Origin: an uncultured Acidobacteriota bacterium
GTDB lineage: Bacteria; Acidobacteriota; JAQAZP01
Assembly (NCBI GenBank): GCA_963836075.1
Contig: CAWIIB010000009.1
Location: forward strand, 1,952,001-2,016,000
Direction of reading: 5' to 3'
DNA length: 64,000 nt
In this document: positions 1 to 10,909 of the stretch, in pieces
Position numbering within the stretch: position 1 is the first letter of the stretch
Layout of the letters: every line of letters begins with the position of its first letter
Translations under genes and position numbers: made by a program
The notes under the pieces: model-generated
What the model was told of the DNA's origin: nothing
The model's input: only the letters and a program-made list of their open reading frames with translations
Databases searched by the model: none

Positions 1-2713
1 CGTTTTCATGGAGCGGGACATGAACCAGTGCCTCTCCGACGGCTATGCGGTGGAGGAAGTTCTGGCCTCGGTGCTCCACGCCATCACCGGGAATTACCTG
101 ACCAAGGTCGCCGTGGAGGGAATGATCGGGAGCCATGTCTGTTTCCAGGGCGCCACGGCGAGGAACCGCTCCCTGGTGGCGGCATTCGAGCAGCGGCTGC
201 AGCAGCCAATCCACGTCTCACGCTTCTGCCATCTCACCGGGGCGCTGGGCGCGGCGCTGGCCCTGCTGGATGGCCACACGGTCCGGCCCGGCAATACCAG
301 GTTCCGCGGCCTGGACCTGCACCGCAAGGAGATCGCGGTCACTGCCGAGGTCTGCGACCTCTGCACCAATCACTGCAAGATCACCGTCGCCGACATCGAC
401 GGCGAAAAAGCGGCCTACGGATTTCTCTGCGGGCGGGATTATGAGACGGAGCACTTTGTCGACGGCAACCGTTCCGGCTTCGACCTGCTCCGGGAGCGGA
501 AAAAGGCCTTCTCCTTCGAGCCGGTCGCCCGGTTGGCGGACAGGATCACCATCGGCATCCCTGCGGCGGTCCATCTGTTCGAGGACCTGCCCTTCTGGCA
601 GTACTTCTTCGACCAGCTCGGCATCAGAACGATCACCAGCGCGGAATACGGCGATGCGTACGGCGAGGGCCGGCGCCTGGCCGGCGCCGAGTTCTGCGCC
701 CCGCTGACCGCGCTCCACGGCCACGTGGACCACCTGCTGGACCAGGCGGACTATGTTTTCCTCCCCGTCTACCTCGAACAGAGGACCGGGAACATGGGCC
801 GGCGGCGGCACTACTGTTACTACACGCAGTTCGCCACATCGCTGGCCTTCGGCGCATCCGGCCCCGGGCACGTGGAGCGGATCATCAGCCCGCTGGTGCA
901 CTATCTCTACCATCCGCTGCGGGCCAGGTTCGACCTCCATGCGGCGCTGAAACCGGTCACCGGCAATGGGGTGGGCCTCCTCGATGTGGCTCGGGCGTAC
1001 GAGTCGGCCGCCACTTTCAAAAGGTCTTGCCTGGAGAAGATAAGGGAACTGTTCCAGAGGGAGGCCGGGGATCCCGGTCGGTTGAACGTGGTTTTGCTGG
1101 GACGGCCCTACACCGTGCTCTCCAAATGGATGAACAAGGGGATCCCCGACATCTTCGCCTCCCTCGGGGTCAAGGTCTTTTTCCAGGACATGCTTTCCCC
1201 AACGGCGGAGGAACTGGGCCCGATCGATGAAGCGCTGGGCGAGATGCACTGGCACTATGCCGCTGAAATTCTCGAAGCGGCCCAGGCCGTAGCCCGGACC
1301 GCGGGGCTCTACCCGGTGCTGGTCACCTCCTTTCGCTGTTCCCCCGATTCCTTTGTCGTCGACGAGGTGAAGAAGATCCTCCAGGCTTGCGACAAACCGT
1401 ACCTGGTGCTGCAACTCGACGAGCACGAGTCGAGCATCGGTTACACCACCCGCATCGAGGCGGCCATCCGCTCCTTCGAAGGCCACTTGCGGTCTGGGAG
1501 AAGTCCCCGCAAAGCCCCTGCCCTTGCTTCGCCGCCGGCACACGCACGCCGCAACGGGCTCGAGGGCAAGACCCTGGTCATCCCCAACTGGGATGACATC
1601 AGCCTTTCGCTGATCGTGGCCGGGCTGCGCCGGGAGGGCATCGACGCCAGACTGCTGGAGGAGACCGAGACCACTATCCAGAAGAGCCTGCGCCGCAACT
1701 CCGGGCAGTGCATCCCGGTGGACATCATCGCCCAGGATTTCATCGACTATGTCGAGACTCACGAACTCGACCCGGCACACACTGTGCTCTGGGTGGCCGA
1801 CTCGAAGATCGCCTGCAACATCGGGCTCTATCCCCGCCGACTGAGGGATCTGATCCGCGGCCACGGCAATGGACTGGAGCTGGCGGAGGTGCACGCCGGC
1901 CCGATGTCGTTCATCGACATCTCGCTCAAGCTGCCGGTGAACACCTACCTGGCCTACCTCTTCGGCGGCCACCTGCGCAAGATCGGCTGTCGGCTGCGGC
2001 CATACGAAACCGTGGAGGGAGCCACGGACCTGGCCCTGGAGAGGGGCATCGATATCCTGGTCGACGCCTTTATCGGCAAGCGGAGGAAGGACGAGGCACT
2101 GGCCGAGGTCATCGCCGGCCTGGAGGCCGTTTCCATTGAGCATTGCCGAAAGCGGAAGGTGGCGATCTTCGGCGACTTTTATGTGCGGGACAACCGGGTG
2201 CTCAACCAGGACCTGATCCGCTTCATCGAGGCCCACGGCGGCGAGGTGCTGGTCACACCCTACAGCTCGTATGTCCGGATGGTCGCCGACTCCTACCTGC
2301 GAAAGTGGTTCACCGAAGGCCGCTATCTCAACGTCCTCTCCACCAGGGCCCTGATCGCCACGGTGAGCCGGCTGGAGAAAACCTATCTCGGCTACTTTCG
2401 CCGGATCGTCGACGAGCCCGAACCGGCGTACGGTGACGATCCGGCAACGATCCTCGCCGGCTACAATGTCCGCGGAGAGCACACCGGCGAATCGATGGAC
2501 AACCTGCTGAAGATCCACTACACGATGAAGCAGCACCCAGACGTGTCGCTGTTCGTCCAGGCCAGCCCTGCCTTCTGCTGCGCGTCCCTGATCACCGAGG
2601 CGATGGCCAGGGAAATTGAACGGAAGACCGGAGTGCCGGTGGTTTCCATCACCTATGACGGGACCACCGGCAACCGCAACGAAGCGATCATCCCCTACCT
2701 GGCTCTCAGGTGA
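1..2713 (+). CDS. CoA-substrate-specific enzyme activase (acyl-CoA dehydratase activase, DUF2229), 5' truncated by the window
   Basis: FQGATARN, CxxCxNxC, EFCAP, GRPY, SFRCSPD and QLDEH motifs typical of the large fused activase family. Confidence 0.85.
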   Translation, partial: VFMERDMNQCLSDGYAVEEVLASVLHAITGNYLTKVAVEGMIGSHVCFQGATARNRSLVAAFEQRLQQPIHVSRFCHLTGALGAALALLDGHTVRPGNTRFRGLDLHRKEIAVTAEVCDLCTNHCKITVADIDGEKAAYGFLCGRDYETEHFVDGNRSGFDLLRERKKAFSFEPVARLADRITIGIPAAVHLFEDLPFWQYFFDQLGIRTITSAEYGDAYGEGRRLAGAEFCAPLTALHGHVDHLLDQADYVFLPVYLEQRTGNMGRRRHYCYYTQFATSLAFGASGPGHVERIISPLVHYLYHPLRARFDLHAALKPVTGNGVGLLDVARAYESAATFKRSCLEKIRELFQREAGDPGRLNVVLLGRPYTVLSKWMNKGIPDIFASLGVKVFFQDMLSPTAEELGPIDEALGEMHWHYAAEILEAAQAVARTAGLYPVLVTSFRCSPDSFVVDEVKKILQACDKPYLVLQLDEHESSIGYTTRIEAAIRSFEGHLRSGRSPRKAPALASPPAHARRNGLEGKTLVIPNWDDISLSLIVAGLRREGIDARLLEETETTIQKSLRRNSGQCIPVDIIAQDFIDYVETHELDPAHTVLWVADSKIACNIGLYPRRLRDLIRGHGNGLELAEVHAGPMSFIDISLKLPVNTYLAYLFGGHLRKIGCRLRPYETVEGATDLALERGIDILVDAFIGKRRKDEALAEVIAGLEAVSIEHCRKRKVAIFGDFYVRDNRVLNQDLIRFIEAHGGEVLVTPYSSYVRMVADSYLRKWFTEGRYLNVLSTRALIATVSRLEKTYLGYFRRIVDEPEPAYGDDPATILAGYNVRGEHTGESMDNLLKIHYTMKQHPDVSLFVQASPAFCCASLITEAMAREIERKTGVPVVSITYDGTTGNRNEAIIPYLALR

Positions 2714-2782
2714 CCGTTTTACGCCGGTGGCGCACACTCATTCCCCTGGCCCGTGTCTCCAGCCACGGACGGTGCTGGTCCC

Positions 2783-3880
2783 TCACCCCATCCTCGCCCT
2801 GAGAATCATGTCCAGCAACTGAATACATTCCGTGCCGGCCCGGGCGGCGCCGTTTTCGGTGTCTCCGGAGATGGCCAGCACCAGGTCCAGCTCCGGGATC
2901 AGACCGATGATCTGCCCGCCATCGCCGGTGAGCATGTAGAAATCGTATTGACGGAGCTGATCAATCATCCCGTAGGCCGGCACGGTGTCGTATATCTGTG
3001 AATTCGCCTTGATGATGCCCCACATGATCCCGGCCGACAGGCCCGATATCCCGTGCAATCCGGGTGAATGCTCAGCCATGCTGTATTTGACCCACTCTTC
3101 GGGGACCAGCTGCCTGCCGTTCCAGTTCCCGTTGCGGAGACACAGCAGACCAAAGCGTGCCCGGTCCCGTGTCGACATCCGGAAAAAATAGGCCGGGTGC
3201 TGCGAGTGCTCACGTTCGAGGGTATAGAAGCATTTGTCCGGCTCGAAATCCTGCATGCCGATGGGGTCGGCGATCCGTTCGTTGAACTCGTCGAAGATCA
3301 TCGTGCCGGTCTGCTGCTCGAAGATCGTGCCCAGGGCGTTGAAGTCCCAATTGTTGTAGTAGTGGAAGCTTCCGGGGGTGTGGCTGCCGCGTTTCGGTCG
3401 CCTGGCCGCCATGGCGCTGGTCTCAGCCGCAGCCGGGTGATAGACCCCCGACCGTGACTTGAGCAGGTGGATGACCTTCGCCTCTTTTTCCGCGTCGGTC
3501 AGCGAATGTATGTCGTTGATCTCCAACTCGGCCAGCGTGCTTTCCAGGTCGATGTTCCCCTCGGCCACATGAATGCCGTACAGGGTGCTCAGCAATCCCT
3601 TGCGAACCGAGTGACATTTGTAGGGGAAACCGATGTCGCCCCAGGCGAGGAGGACCTTTTCCTGATAGATCACGACCACTGAGGCGATGACCGGATCGGC
3701 CGACTTCATGTAGCGTTTGGCGGCTTTGATCTCTGCGGCGTCAAAGCCCGCTTCCGCAAAGCTGCCGAACTTGGGAATTCCATCGATTTGTTGTTCGGGC
3801 GGTCCGGCGCATGATTGAAGAAAAACGGCGAGAAGGATTGCGAACAGGACTGAGCGAAGTGAAAGTCCGGATACTCTCAT
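2783..3880 (-). CDS. Serine hydrolase, beta-lactamase class C-like, probable lipoprotein
   Basis: SxxK (SVRK), YxN (YNN), lipobox-like FLQSC; ATG at 3880 chosen. Confidence 0.8.
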   Translation of the reverse strand: MRVSGLSLRSVLFAILLAVFLQSCAGPPEQQIDGIPKFGSFAEAGFDAAEIKAAKRYMKSADPVIASVVVIYQEKVLLAWGDIGFPYKCHSVRKGLLSTLYGIHVAEGNIDLESTLAELEINDIHSLTDAEKEAKVIHLLKSRSGVYHPAAAETSAMAARRPKRGSHTPGSFHYYNNWDFNALGTIFEQQTGTMIFDEFNERIADPIGMQDFEPDKCFYTLEREHSQHPAYFFRMSTRDRARFGLLCLRNGNWNGRQLVPEEWVKYSMAEHSPGLHGISGLSAGIMWGIIKANSQIYDTVPAYGMIDQLRQYDFYMLTGDGGQIIGLIPELDLVLAISGDTENGAARAGTECIQLLDMILRARMG

Positions 3881-3966
3881 TCTGACAGCAATTTCCTGTG
3901 TTGCGGCAATCACCAGAAAACCGGTGCTCCGTACTAAGGATAAACGGTTCGGCAGCGAGATGGTTC

Positions 3967-3999
3967 AAAAAAAAGCCCCCACCTTCCGGCGGGGGCTTT
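3967..3999 (-). terminator. Intrinsic terminator of the M16 peptidase operon
   Basis: AAAGCCCCC...GGGGGCTTT stem followed by a T-run on the minus strand. Confidence 0.8.
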
Positions 4000-4023
4000 G
4001 CTTTCATCCATCGTTTTTGCGGG

Positions 4024-5508
4024 CTACTTCAGCGTCACCGGATCCCTGAGCGGCAGGATGGTCACCGGGCCGAAGTCGGAATACTTCTCCGGGTGCTTGT
4101 CCGAACCTTTTTCCACCGCTTCCGGGTCGCCCACCACCAGGAAGACCAGCTTGTCAGGGTGGAGATGCTTCTTTGCCGCGGCCAGCACGTCGTCCGTGCC
4201 CACGGACTCGACGTTTTTCTTGTACTCCTGCCAGTAGCTGTCCGGCCGGCCGGTGTAGTGGTCGCCGGCAAAGGTGTTGACGATACTGCTCTTGCTGCTG
4301 AACGGGCTGGTCAGCCCGCCGATCAGGCTCTGCCGGGAGATCTCGATCACGTCGTCTTCGACCTTTTCCTCGCGGATCCGCTTGATCTCGTCGACGATCA
4401 GCCGCGAGCCGAAGGCGGCGGTGGCGTGCTTGGTCTGGAACCAGGCCTGGAAGGTGCCGGGGTAGAGCACCGGCCGACTGAAGCGGCTGCCGGTGCTGTA
4501 CGCCAGCCCCTCGTCCGAGCGCACCCGCCGGGTGATCCGCGAGGTGAACCCGCCGCCGCCGAGGATGTCGTTCATTACCATCAGCGCGTATTCGTCCGGA
4601 ATATCCCGCTTGACCCCGATGTGGCCGATGCGGATCCGTGACTGGTTCACTTCTTCCTTCTTGATCATGTAGACGCCGGGTTTCGGCCCGGGGATCTGGT
4701 CGGTGATCTCCGGCAGCTGCAGGTCCTGGTCGGGCCAGTCGGCAAAAAGAGTGTTCAGTCTGGCCAGCACGTCATCGGTCTTGAAGTCGCCGGAGACGGC
4801 CACGGTGAAATTGCCGGGGAAGAAGTATTTCTGGTGAAACGCGATCATGTCCTCCCGGGTAATGGCACTGATCGAGTCGCCGGTCTGGCGGTAGCGGGTG
4901 GTGGAGGGGTGGTCGCCATACATCAGGTAGGCCCACTCGCGGGATTCGATGGCCGAAGTGGACGCGTTGCGCTGGGCCAGCCCGGAAAGGATGTCCCCGC
5001 GGTGGCGGTCCAGTTCCGCCTGGTCGAAGGCGGGTGTCTGCAGCACCTTGCGCAGGATCGCCAGGCCTTCGTCCATGTCCTTGACCAGGCAGAAGAGGCT
5101 GGCCCGTCCCAAGTCATCATTGATGCTCACAGAGATGCTGCCGGCGAGAAAGGCCAGCCGCTCGTCCATCTCGCTGGCCGTCATCCCCCCGGCGCCGCCG
5201 TTGCGCATCATGTAGGCGGTCATCGCGGCCAGGCCGGCCTTGTCCACCGGCTCGTACATCGATCCGGTGCGCACGAGGATGGTCATTTCGAATACGGGAA
5301 CTACGTGGTTTTCGGCGATGAAAGCCGTGGCGCCGCAGTCCAGCTGGTGCCGGTAGTCCGCCGGCTTCGGCGGGGTGTAGGTCAGTTCGGGGAAGGTGAG
5401 CTTGTCCGGGTGGTCGACGATCTCACCGGCGAAGGTGGTCGCGGCGGCCAGCAGGATCAGTGCCGGCAGCAAGCAACGGACGGAGCGGAAGAAGAAGTTG
5501 CTGTTCAT
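4024..5508 (-). CDS. M16B peptidase, non-catalytic subunit, secreted
   Basis: Signal peptide, ILGGGGFTSR and GLAYS motifs, no HxxEH. Confidence 0.85.
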   Translation of the reverse strand: MNSNFFFRSVRCLLPALILLAAATTFAGEIVDHPDKLTFPELTYTPPKPADYRHQLDCGATAFIAENHVVPVFEMTILVRTGSMYEPVDKAGLAAMTAYMMRNGGAGGMTASEMDERLAFLAGSISVSINDDLGRASLFCLVKDMDEGLAILRKVLQTPAFDQAELDRHRGDILSGLAQRNASTSAIESREWAYLMYGDHPSTTRYRQTGDSISAITREDMIAFHQKYFFPGNFTVAVSGDFKTDDVLARLNTLFADWPDQDLQLPEITDQIPGPKPGVYMIKKEEVNQSRIRIGHIGVKRDIPDEYALMVMNDILGGGGFTSRITRRVRSDEGLAYSTGSRFSRPVLYPGTFQAWFQTKHATAAFGSRLIVDEIKRIREEKVEDDVIEISRQSLIGGLTSPFSSKSSIVNTFAGDHYTGRPDSYWQEYKKNVESVGTDDVLAAAKKHLHPDKLVFLVVGDPEAVEKGSDKHPEKYSDFGPVTILPLRDPVTLK

Positions 5509-5510
5509 GG

Positions 5511-7335
5511 TTATTCCTCCTCCCCGGCGGGCGTTGCATCATCGGCCGCCTCGGCTTTCTTCAGCTCTTCCAGTCGCGCGGTGGCGAGGGCCAGCATTTT
5601 CTCCAGCTGTTCCTTTCGCTCGGGGTCTTCTGCCTGATTCCAGGCCCATGTTGATCATCCCGATCGCCTGCTCCAGCATGGCCGGGTCCTCGATGGCCTT
5701 GATCCGCTCCTCCATCCCGCCGCCTCCGGGGCCGCGTTTCCGCTCTTCGCCGGCCGGGGCATCCTTGGTATTGATGATCAGCACGTTTCGCTGGTCGGCG
5801 GCGAAATAGGTGTTGGCCACCCGGCGGATATCCTCGGCAGTCACGGCGTCCAGCATCAGCGGAGCCCTGTTCACCTCTTCCCAGTCACCCATGGCTGCGT
5901 TCGGCGCGATGAGGAAGAGGATGCCGATCCCGCCCATGATGTCCATGAAACGGATGTTGCTCACCTTCTCCTGATTCTTCACCTTCTGCAGCTCTTCCGG
6001 GGTCACCAGTTCGGTCTGCAGTTCCACCACCACCTCGTGGATCGCCGCTTCAAGGTCCTCGGCTTTCACCCCGGCAAGGCCCTCGGCGCTGATCTGGAAC
6101 GCGCCGGCATAGCGGCGCGAATCCTGCGCGGCGCGGATGCCCAGGCCACCGCCGCCGCGCATCCCCCGGCCGCCGCCACCCATGGCGCCCTTGGCCAGGC
6201 CCTTTTCCTCAACAAGCTTTTTGTAGAGGCGCCCGGTCTTGCCGTTCATGATGCCGGCCAGCAGCTCCAGGGCGTAGCTGTCGTCATGTTTCCAGGCCAC
6301 GGTGTGATACCAGACTTCGGCCTGGGGGTCGGTTTCGGCCGCGGCGGTCAGCCGTTTCTCGCCATACTGCCGCTCCTCCAGGGTCACCACCTCGGGGGGC
6401 TCCTTGGCGCCGCGGGGCAGCCGTTCGAAGTACTTCCGCACCTGCACCATGGTCTCTTCGGGCTCCAGGTCGCCCACCAGGATCAGGGTCAGGTTGTTCG
6501 GGGCGTAGTAGGTGTCAAAGTAGTCTTCGGCCTGCTTGCGGGTGATGCTGTCCAGGTCGGAGGCCCAACCAATCACGTCCCAGTGGTAGGAGGAGGATTT
6601 CCAGAACATGGCCAGGAAGTCCTCGTCGATCAGCCCGGTGGGTGTGGAGTCCACACCCAGGCGACGCTCCTCTCGCACCACGTTCCGCTCGGAGTAGAAT
6701 TCGCGGAACACCGGGTTGAGGAAGCGGTCCGACTCCATCCAGCAGAAGAGCTCCAGCTTGTTGCTGGGCAGCCGGACGAAATACATGGTCATGTCGTAGG
6801 AGGTCATGGCGTTGAGGAACGACCCGCCGTTTTTCGTATAGGTCTCGTCCAGCTGGTCCTTGATGATCAGCTCCCGCTGTTCCTCGATCAACTGGTCGAA
6901 CTCGGTCTCCAGCTCACGGAAGCGGCCGGTCTTGGCTTCGGGGTCGAGCATGTCCTCGATCTCGCCCCGCCGCAGGGCCTCGCGCATGATCCCCTGCTCC
7001 ACCATCATCTCGGCCCGCAACTCGTCCAGCCGGGCCATGATCTCCTTGTCCCGGGCGTAGTCCTTGGTGCCGATGGTCTCGGTCCCCTTGAACATCATGT
7101 GCTCGAAGAGGTGGGAGATGCCGGTGATGCCGGTGATCTCGTTGGCCGAGCCCACCCGGGCGACGATGGCGGCCATGAAGGTGGGCGTTTCGTGCTTGGG
7201 CACGATCAGCACCTGCATGCCGTTCTCCAGCATGTATTCCGTGGCGTCCACGGTCTGGGCGGCCGCGGGCATGGCGGCAACGCAGGCCATTGCGAAAACC
7301 GCAAGGGCAATGGCGGTGAGACGGATCCTGTTCAT
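5511..7335 (-). CDS. M16B zinc peptidase, catalytic subunit (apparent 1-nt frameshift near 5640)
   Basis: HLFEH inverted zincin motif, signal peptide. Removing one base near 5640 gives NQAEDPERKEQLEK...GEEE-TAA, ending 2 nt before the next ATG with a GGAGG RBS. Confidence 0.85.
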
Positions 7336-7672
7336 CAACCTCTCCTTCTTGGTTTGGCGTTGGCCCGCGAGGAGGGATGGCAGTGTCAACGACCTGTTAT
7401 TGAAATTGCCGGCCCGGAGGGGGTCGTCCCCGGGAATTGGTGTAAATCTTGTAAATTGTTACTGATGAAATGTCAAGTGGGACAGTCTGTAACTGGGCAA
7501 TAGACAACTTCTATCATTTATATAGACGAAAGCACTCCCGGCAAGGTAGAATAAGGTATTCCAGCTATGGAATCGGCTTGCCCCGTAGAGGTAGGGCGGG
7601 CCGGCCGGACTATTCAATGGTTGTAACCTGGGGGCACGCCGCCCCGAAAATCAAACTGAGGAGAAACGGGAC

Positions 7673-8353
7673 GTGAAAAAGATACTGGCAGTTTTGACCA
7701 TCGTTGCTATCGTGGGTCTCTTTGGTTATGTCGCCAGCGCCGACTGCGGCAAGTGCGATGCCCCGAAGACCGGAGAAGCCAAGGACAAGGCCGGCTGTTG
7801 TGCCGGCAAGACCGCCGAAGCCACCGCCGCCTGCACCGCCGGCAAGGCTGCTGACGCCAAGGGCTGCGCCACCAGCTGTTCGGCTGCCACGGTTGCCGAC
7901 GCCAAGGGCTGTGCCTCCACCTGTTCCGCCGCCACCGCTGCCGCGGCCGCCAAGGGCGGTTGCTGCGCCAGCAGTTCCGTGCTCAATGCCGGCGACAAGG
8001 ACAAGGCCGCTTGCGCCGTGGGCGCGGACGGCAAGTGCGACCCCACCAAGTGCAACCTGACCCTCTGCGGCAAGTGCGGCGAGTTCAAGGGCTGCGGCAA
8101 GTGCTGTTCCGCCGACGCCAAGGTCTGCGAGAAGTGCGGCCTGCACACCGGTTCCACCGGCTGCTGCAAGATGGAGAAGGGCGCCGACGTGACCATCTGC
8201 AAGTGCGGCGAGATCAAGGGCAGCGAGAACTGCTGCAAGGAAGGCGTGGCCACCTGCAAGGCTTGCGGTCTGCATGCCGGCTCCCCGGGCTGCAAAGCCT
8301 GCTGCGAGTCCAAGGACGCCCACAAGGCCAAGGAAGCAAAGGTGACCGCGTAA
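7673..8353 (+). CDS. Secreted Cys/Ala/Lys-rich metallothionein-like protein
   Basis: GAGGAG RBS, GTG start, signal peptide, 32 Cys in 226 aa, terminator downstream. Confidence 0.75.
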   Translation: MKKILAVLTIVAIVGLFGYVASADCGKCDAPKTGEAKDKAGCCAGKTAEATAACTAGKAADAKGCATSCSAATVADAKGCASTCSAATAAAAAKGGCCASSSVLNAGDKDKAACAVGADGKCDPTKCNLTLCGKCGEFKGCGKCCSADAKVCEKCGLHTGSTGCCKMEKGADVTICKCGEIKGSENCCKEGVATCKACGLHAGSPGCKACCESKDAHKAKEAKVTA

Positions 8354-8377
8354 GCGCTGTCGCCCCGGACGGAAATG

Positions 8378-8412
8378 AAAAGCCCCCGAGTGCTGGTCAC
8401 CCGGGGGCCTTT
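8378..8412. terminator. Bidirectional terminator between convergent genes
   Basis: GCCCCCGAGTG/CACCCGGGGGC stem with A-rich and T-rich flanks. Confidence 0.65.
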
Positions 8413-8440
8413 CTCTTGTACAGCGTCGTCCGCGCCCGGG

Positions 8441-9253
8441 TCAGGGCGCGATGGCGAAGTCGAAGTAATCGGCGCTCCAGAGGTCGTCGGGGGGCAGCCC
8501 CACCTGGACCCGGATCTTGTAATCGCCGGTGGGCACGTCCATGGGGATCACGTGTTCCTTGTTAAACATCTTTTCTTCGCTGAGCGTGAAGTCGAGGTAG
8601 GCCATGGCCAGCCGGCGGGTGTTGCCGGCGGGGAAGACAGCCTCCACCACCACGTAGGCTGCGATGGGCATCAGGGTCCAGCTCTTGACCTTGACGTCAT
8701 AGCTGATGGTTTCACCGAGGGCATAGCTGTCGGCTTGAGGCAGAATCGTGGCCACCAGTTTCGAACGCACGGCATTGATCGTCGCCAGCACCTGGCTCTC
8801 GGTGTAGCCCTCCTCCCAGAACTCCACGGTCTGCGCATAGTCGTGGTTCAGCACGTAGTTCAGCGGGATGTAGTTGTTCTGGGCGTAGAGGGAGTAGATC
8901 GAACCGTCGTCGAGAAGAAAGAGGATGTCGGGATAGGTGTCCTGGTAGCCCTGGACGATGCCCAGGCTTTCCTGGTAGTTGAGGGCAATGATCTGGATTC
9001 CCTTGGCGGCGTAGTCGGTGGCGATGGCTCCGAGCTGCGGCAACTCCGCAACACACCCCCCTCACCAGGAAGCCCAGAAGTTGAGCATGACGGTTTTTCC
9101 CTGGAAGTCACTGAGACTGTGCGGGTTTCCGTTCACATCATAGGCCGTGAATTCGATGGCCGGGTCACCGATCTGCGGGCCGGCCATAACAGCCAGCGAG
9201 AGGCAGAGGGTGAGCCCGACAGCAGCGGCAAGCACACCTTTTCGTCTGGTCAT
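8441..9253 (-). CDS. Selenocysteine-containing TlpA/redoxin-family thiol-disulfide oxidoreductase with C-terminal beta-rich domain (270 aa, Sec64)
   Basis: ORFs 9062..9253 and 8441..9043 are in frame and read LNFWASW-TGA-GGCVAELPQL, so UxxC replaces the TlpA WCxxC motif; signal peptide. Confidence 0.9.
9034..9052 (-). promoter_or_regulatory. Putative bacterial SECIS hairpin
   Basis: GUUGCGG-AGUUG-CCGCAGC stem-loop starting 9 nt after the UGA at 9064-9062. Confidence 0.65.
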
Positions 9254-9567
9254 CTTTCACCTCTTCAAGTGTTGCGGCAAGGAAAACATCAAGTGGAAAC
9301 TGTCTGGGCCGGCAAAACCCAGAGCCTGTAATTCCAATTATACACGTATGGAATCCAATGCTGAAACCGGTTTTGCGGTTGTGCTACCATCAGCCGCTCA
9401 GAAACTGCGCACTTTACAGTTATTGAGCTTTCTTTACAGTATTTTATCCGGGCTTGAAGCTTGTTAATCCGTTTGTGCCGTCTAATGGGTGTGGCGGAAC
9501 CGGGAACGCACCCGGGCTGTGCCCGGGTGGACGGGCCGGCATTGTTCAGGCCGGAAAGGAAGAGATC

Positions 9568-10904
9568 TTGAAAAAGTTCATCACCATCGTGTTTGTTCTG
9601 GCCATCATCGGCGTTGCGGGCTGGTATTTCCTCCAGGATACCGGCGGCGAGGTGTCGACGTATCGCTTTGTCACCGTGGAGCGTGGCGATCTGGAATCGG
9701 TGGTCTCCACCACCGGGACGCTGGAAGCGGTGACCACCGTGGAGGTGGGGACCCAGGTCTCGGGAATCATTTCCGAGATCTTTGTCGACTTCAACGACAC
9801 GGTGCGCAAGGGCCAGGTGATCGCCCGCCTGGATACCACCCTGCTGGAGAGTGCGGTGCGGGACTCGGAAGCCAACCTCGAACGGAACGAGGCCCAGCTG
9901 CGCCAGGCCCAGCGTGAATACGCCCGGATCGAGGGGCTCTACGAGAAAGAGATCGTGGCCGAGAACGAGTTCAACAGCGCCCAGTATGACCTGGAGGTGG
10001 CCCGGGCCAGCGTCAAGTCGGCCCGGGTGGCCCTGGAGAAGGCCCGGCAGAACCTGGCCTATGCCACGGTCTATGCGCCGATCTCCGGTACGGTGATCGA
10101 GCGCAACGTGGACGTGGGGCAGACCGTGGCCTCCAGCCTCTCCACCCCCCAGCTCTTCCTCATCGCCGATGACCTGGCCAAGATGCAGATCCTCGCCTCG
10201 GTGGACGAGAGCGACATCGGCAAGATTAAGGAGGGGCAGGTGGGACGGTTCACCGTGCAGGCCTACCCCGACGACAGTTTCGAGGGGATGGTGCGCCAGG
10301 TGCGGCTGCAGTCCTCCATGGAGGAGAACGTGGTCAACTACACCGTGGTGGTGGACGTGGAGAACCCGGACGGCACCCTGCTGCCCGGGATGACCGCCAC
10401 GGTGGACTTCCTGGTGGAGACGGTGAGCGACGTGCTCAAGGTGCCCAACGCCGCTCTGCGCTTCCGGGCCACCGAGGAGATGTTCGCCGAGGCGCGGGAG
10501 CGGATGCAGGCCCGGCGTGAAGCCCGGCAGGGCGGGGGAGAAGGACGGCAAAGACCAGAGGGTATGGGCGGCGGCAGACCGGAAGGCGGCAGACCGGAAG
10601 GCGGCAGACCCGGCGGCGGTATGGGTGGCGGGAGGATGGGCGAGATGTTCAGCGGTGGACAGATGCCGGACGGCATGGCCCTGCTCTGGTATCTCGACGA
10701 AGAGGGGATTTCTCTCCATGTCCCCGGTGCGCACCGGGATCAGTGACGGAACAGTCCACCGAGATCATCGGCCGGCGGGTGGAGGAGGGGATGCAGATCA
10801 TCGCCGGAGTGACCAAGAGCGAGACCTCCAGCGGTTTCACCAACCCCTTCCAGAGTCAGAGCCAGCAGCCCCGCCGGGGCGGCCCGCCCCGCGGAGGGTT
10901 CTAG
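9568..10904 (+). CDS. MacA/HlyD-family efflux periplasmic adaptor (two apparent frameshifts near 10705 and 10750)
   Basis: VEVGTQVSG, APISGTVI and LLPGMTA motifs; the tail VRTGISDG/QSTEI...PRGGF-TAG continues in shifted frames. Confidence 0.8.
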
Positions 10905-10909
10905 CCCCC

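Noticed and set aside
218-2737. Long antisense ORFs (also 6037..7503, 53417..55354, 57966..60389, 60430..62430)
   Set aside because: These are high-GC shadow frames of well-supported genes and have no recognisable motifs.
10540-10640. 15-bp tandem repeat GGCGGCAGACCGGAA
   Set aside because: It encodes a low-complexity GGRPE linker, which is common in MacA-like adaptors.
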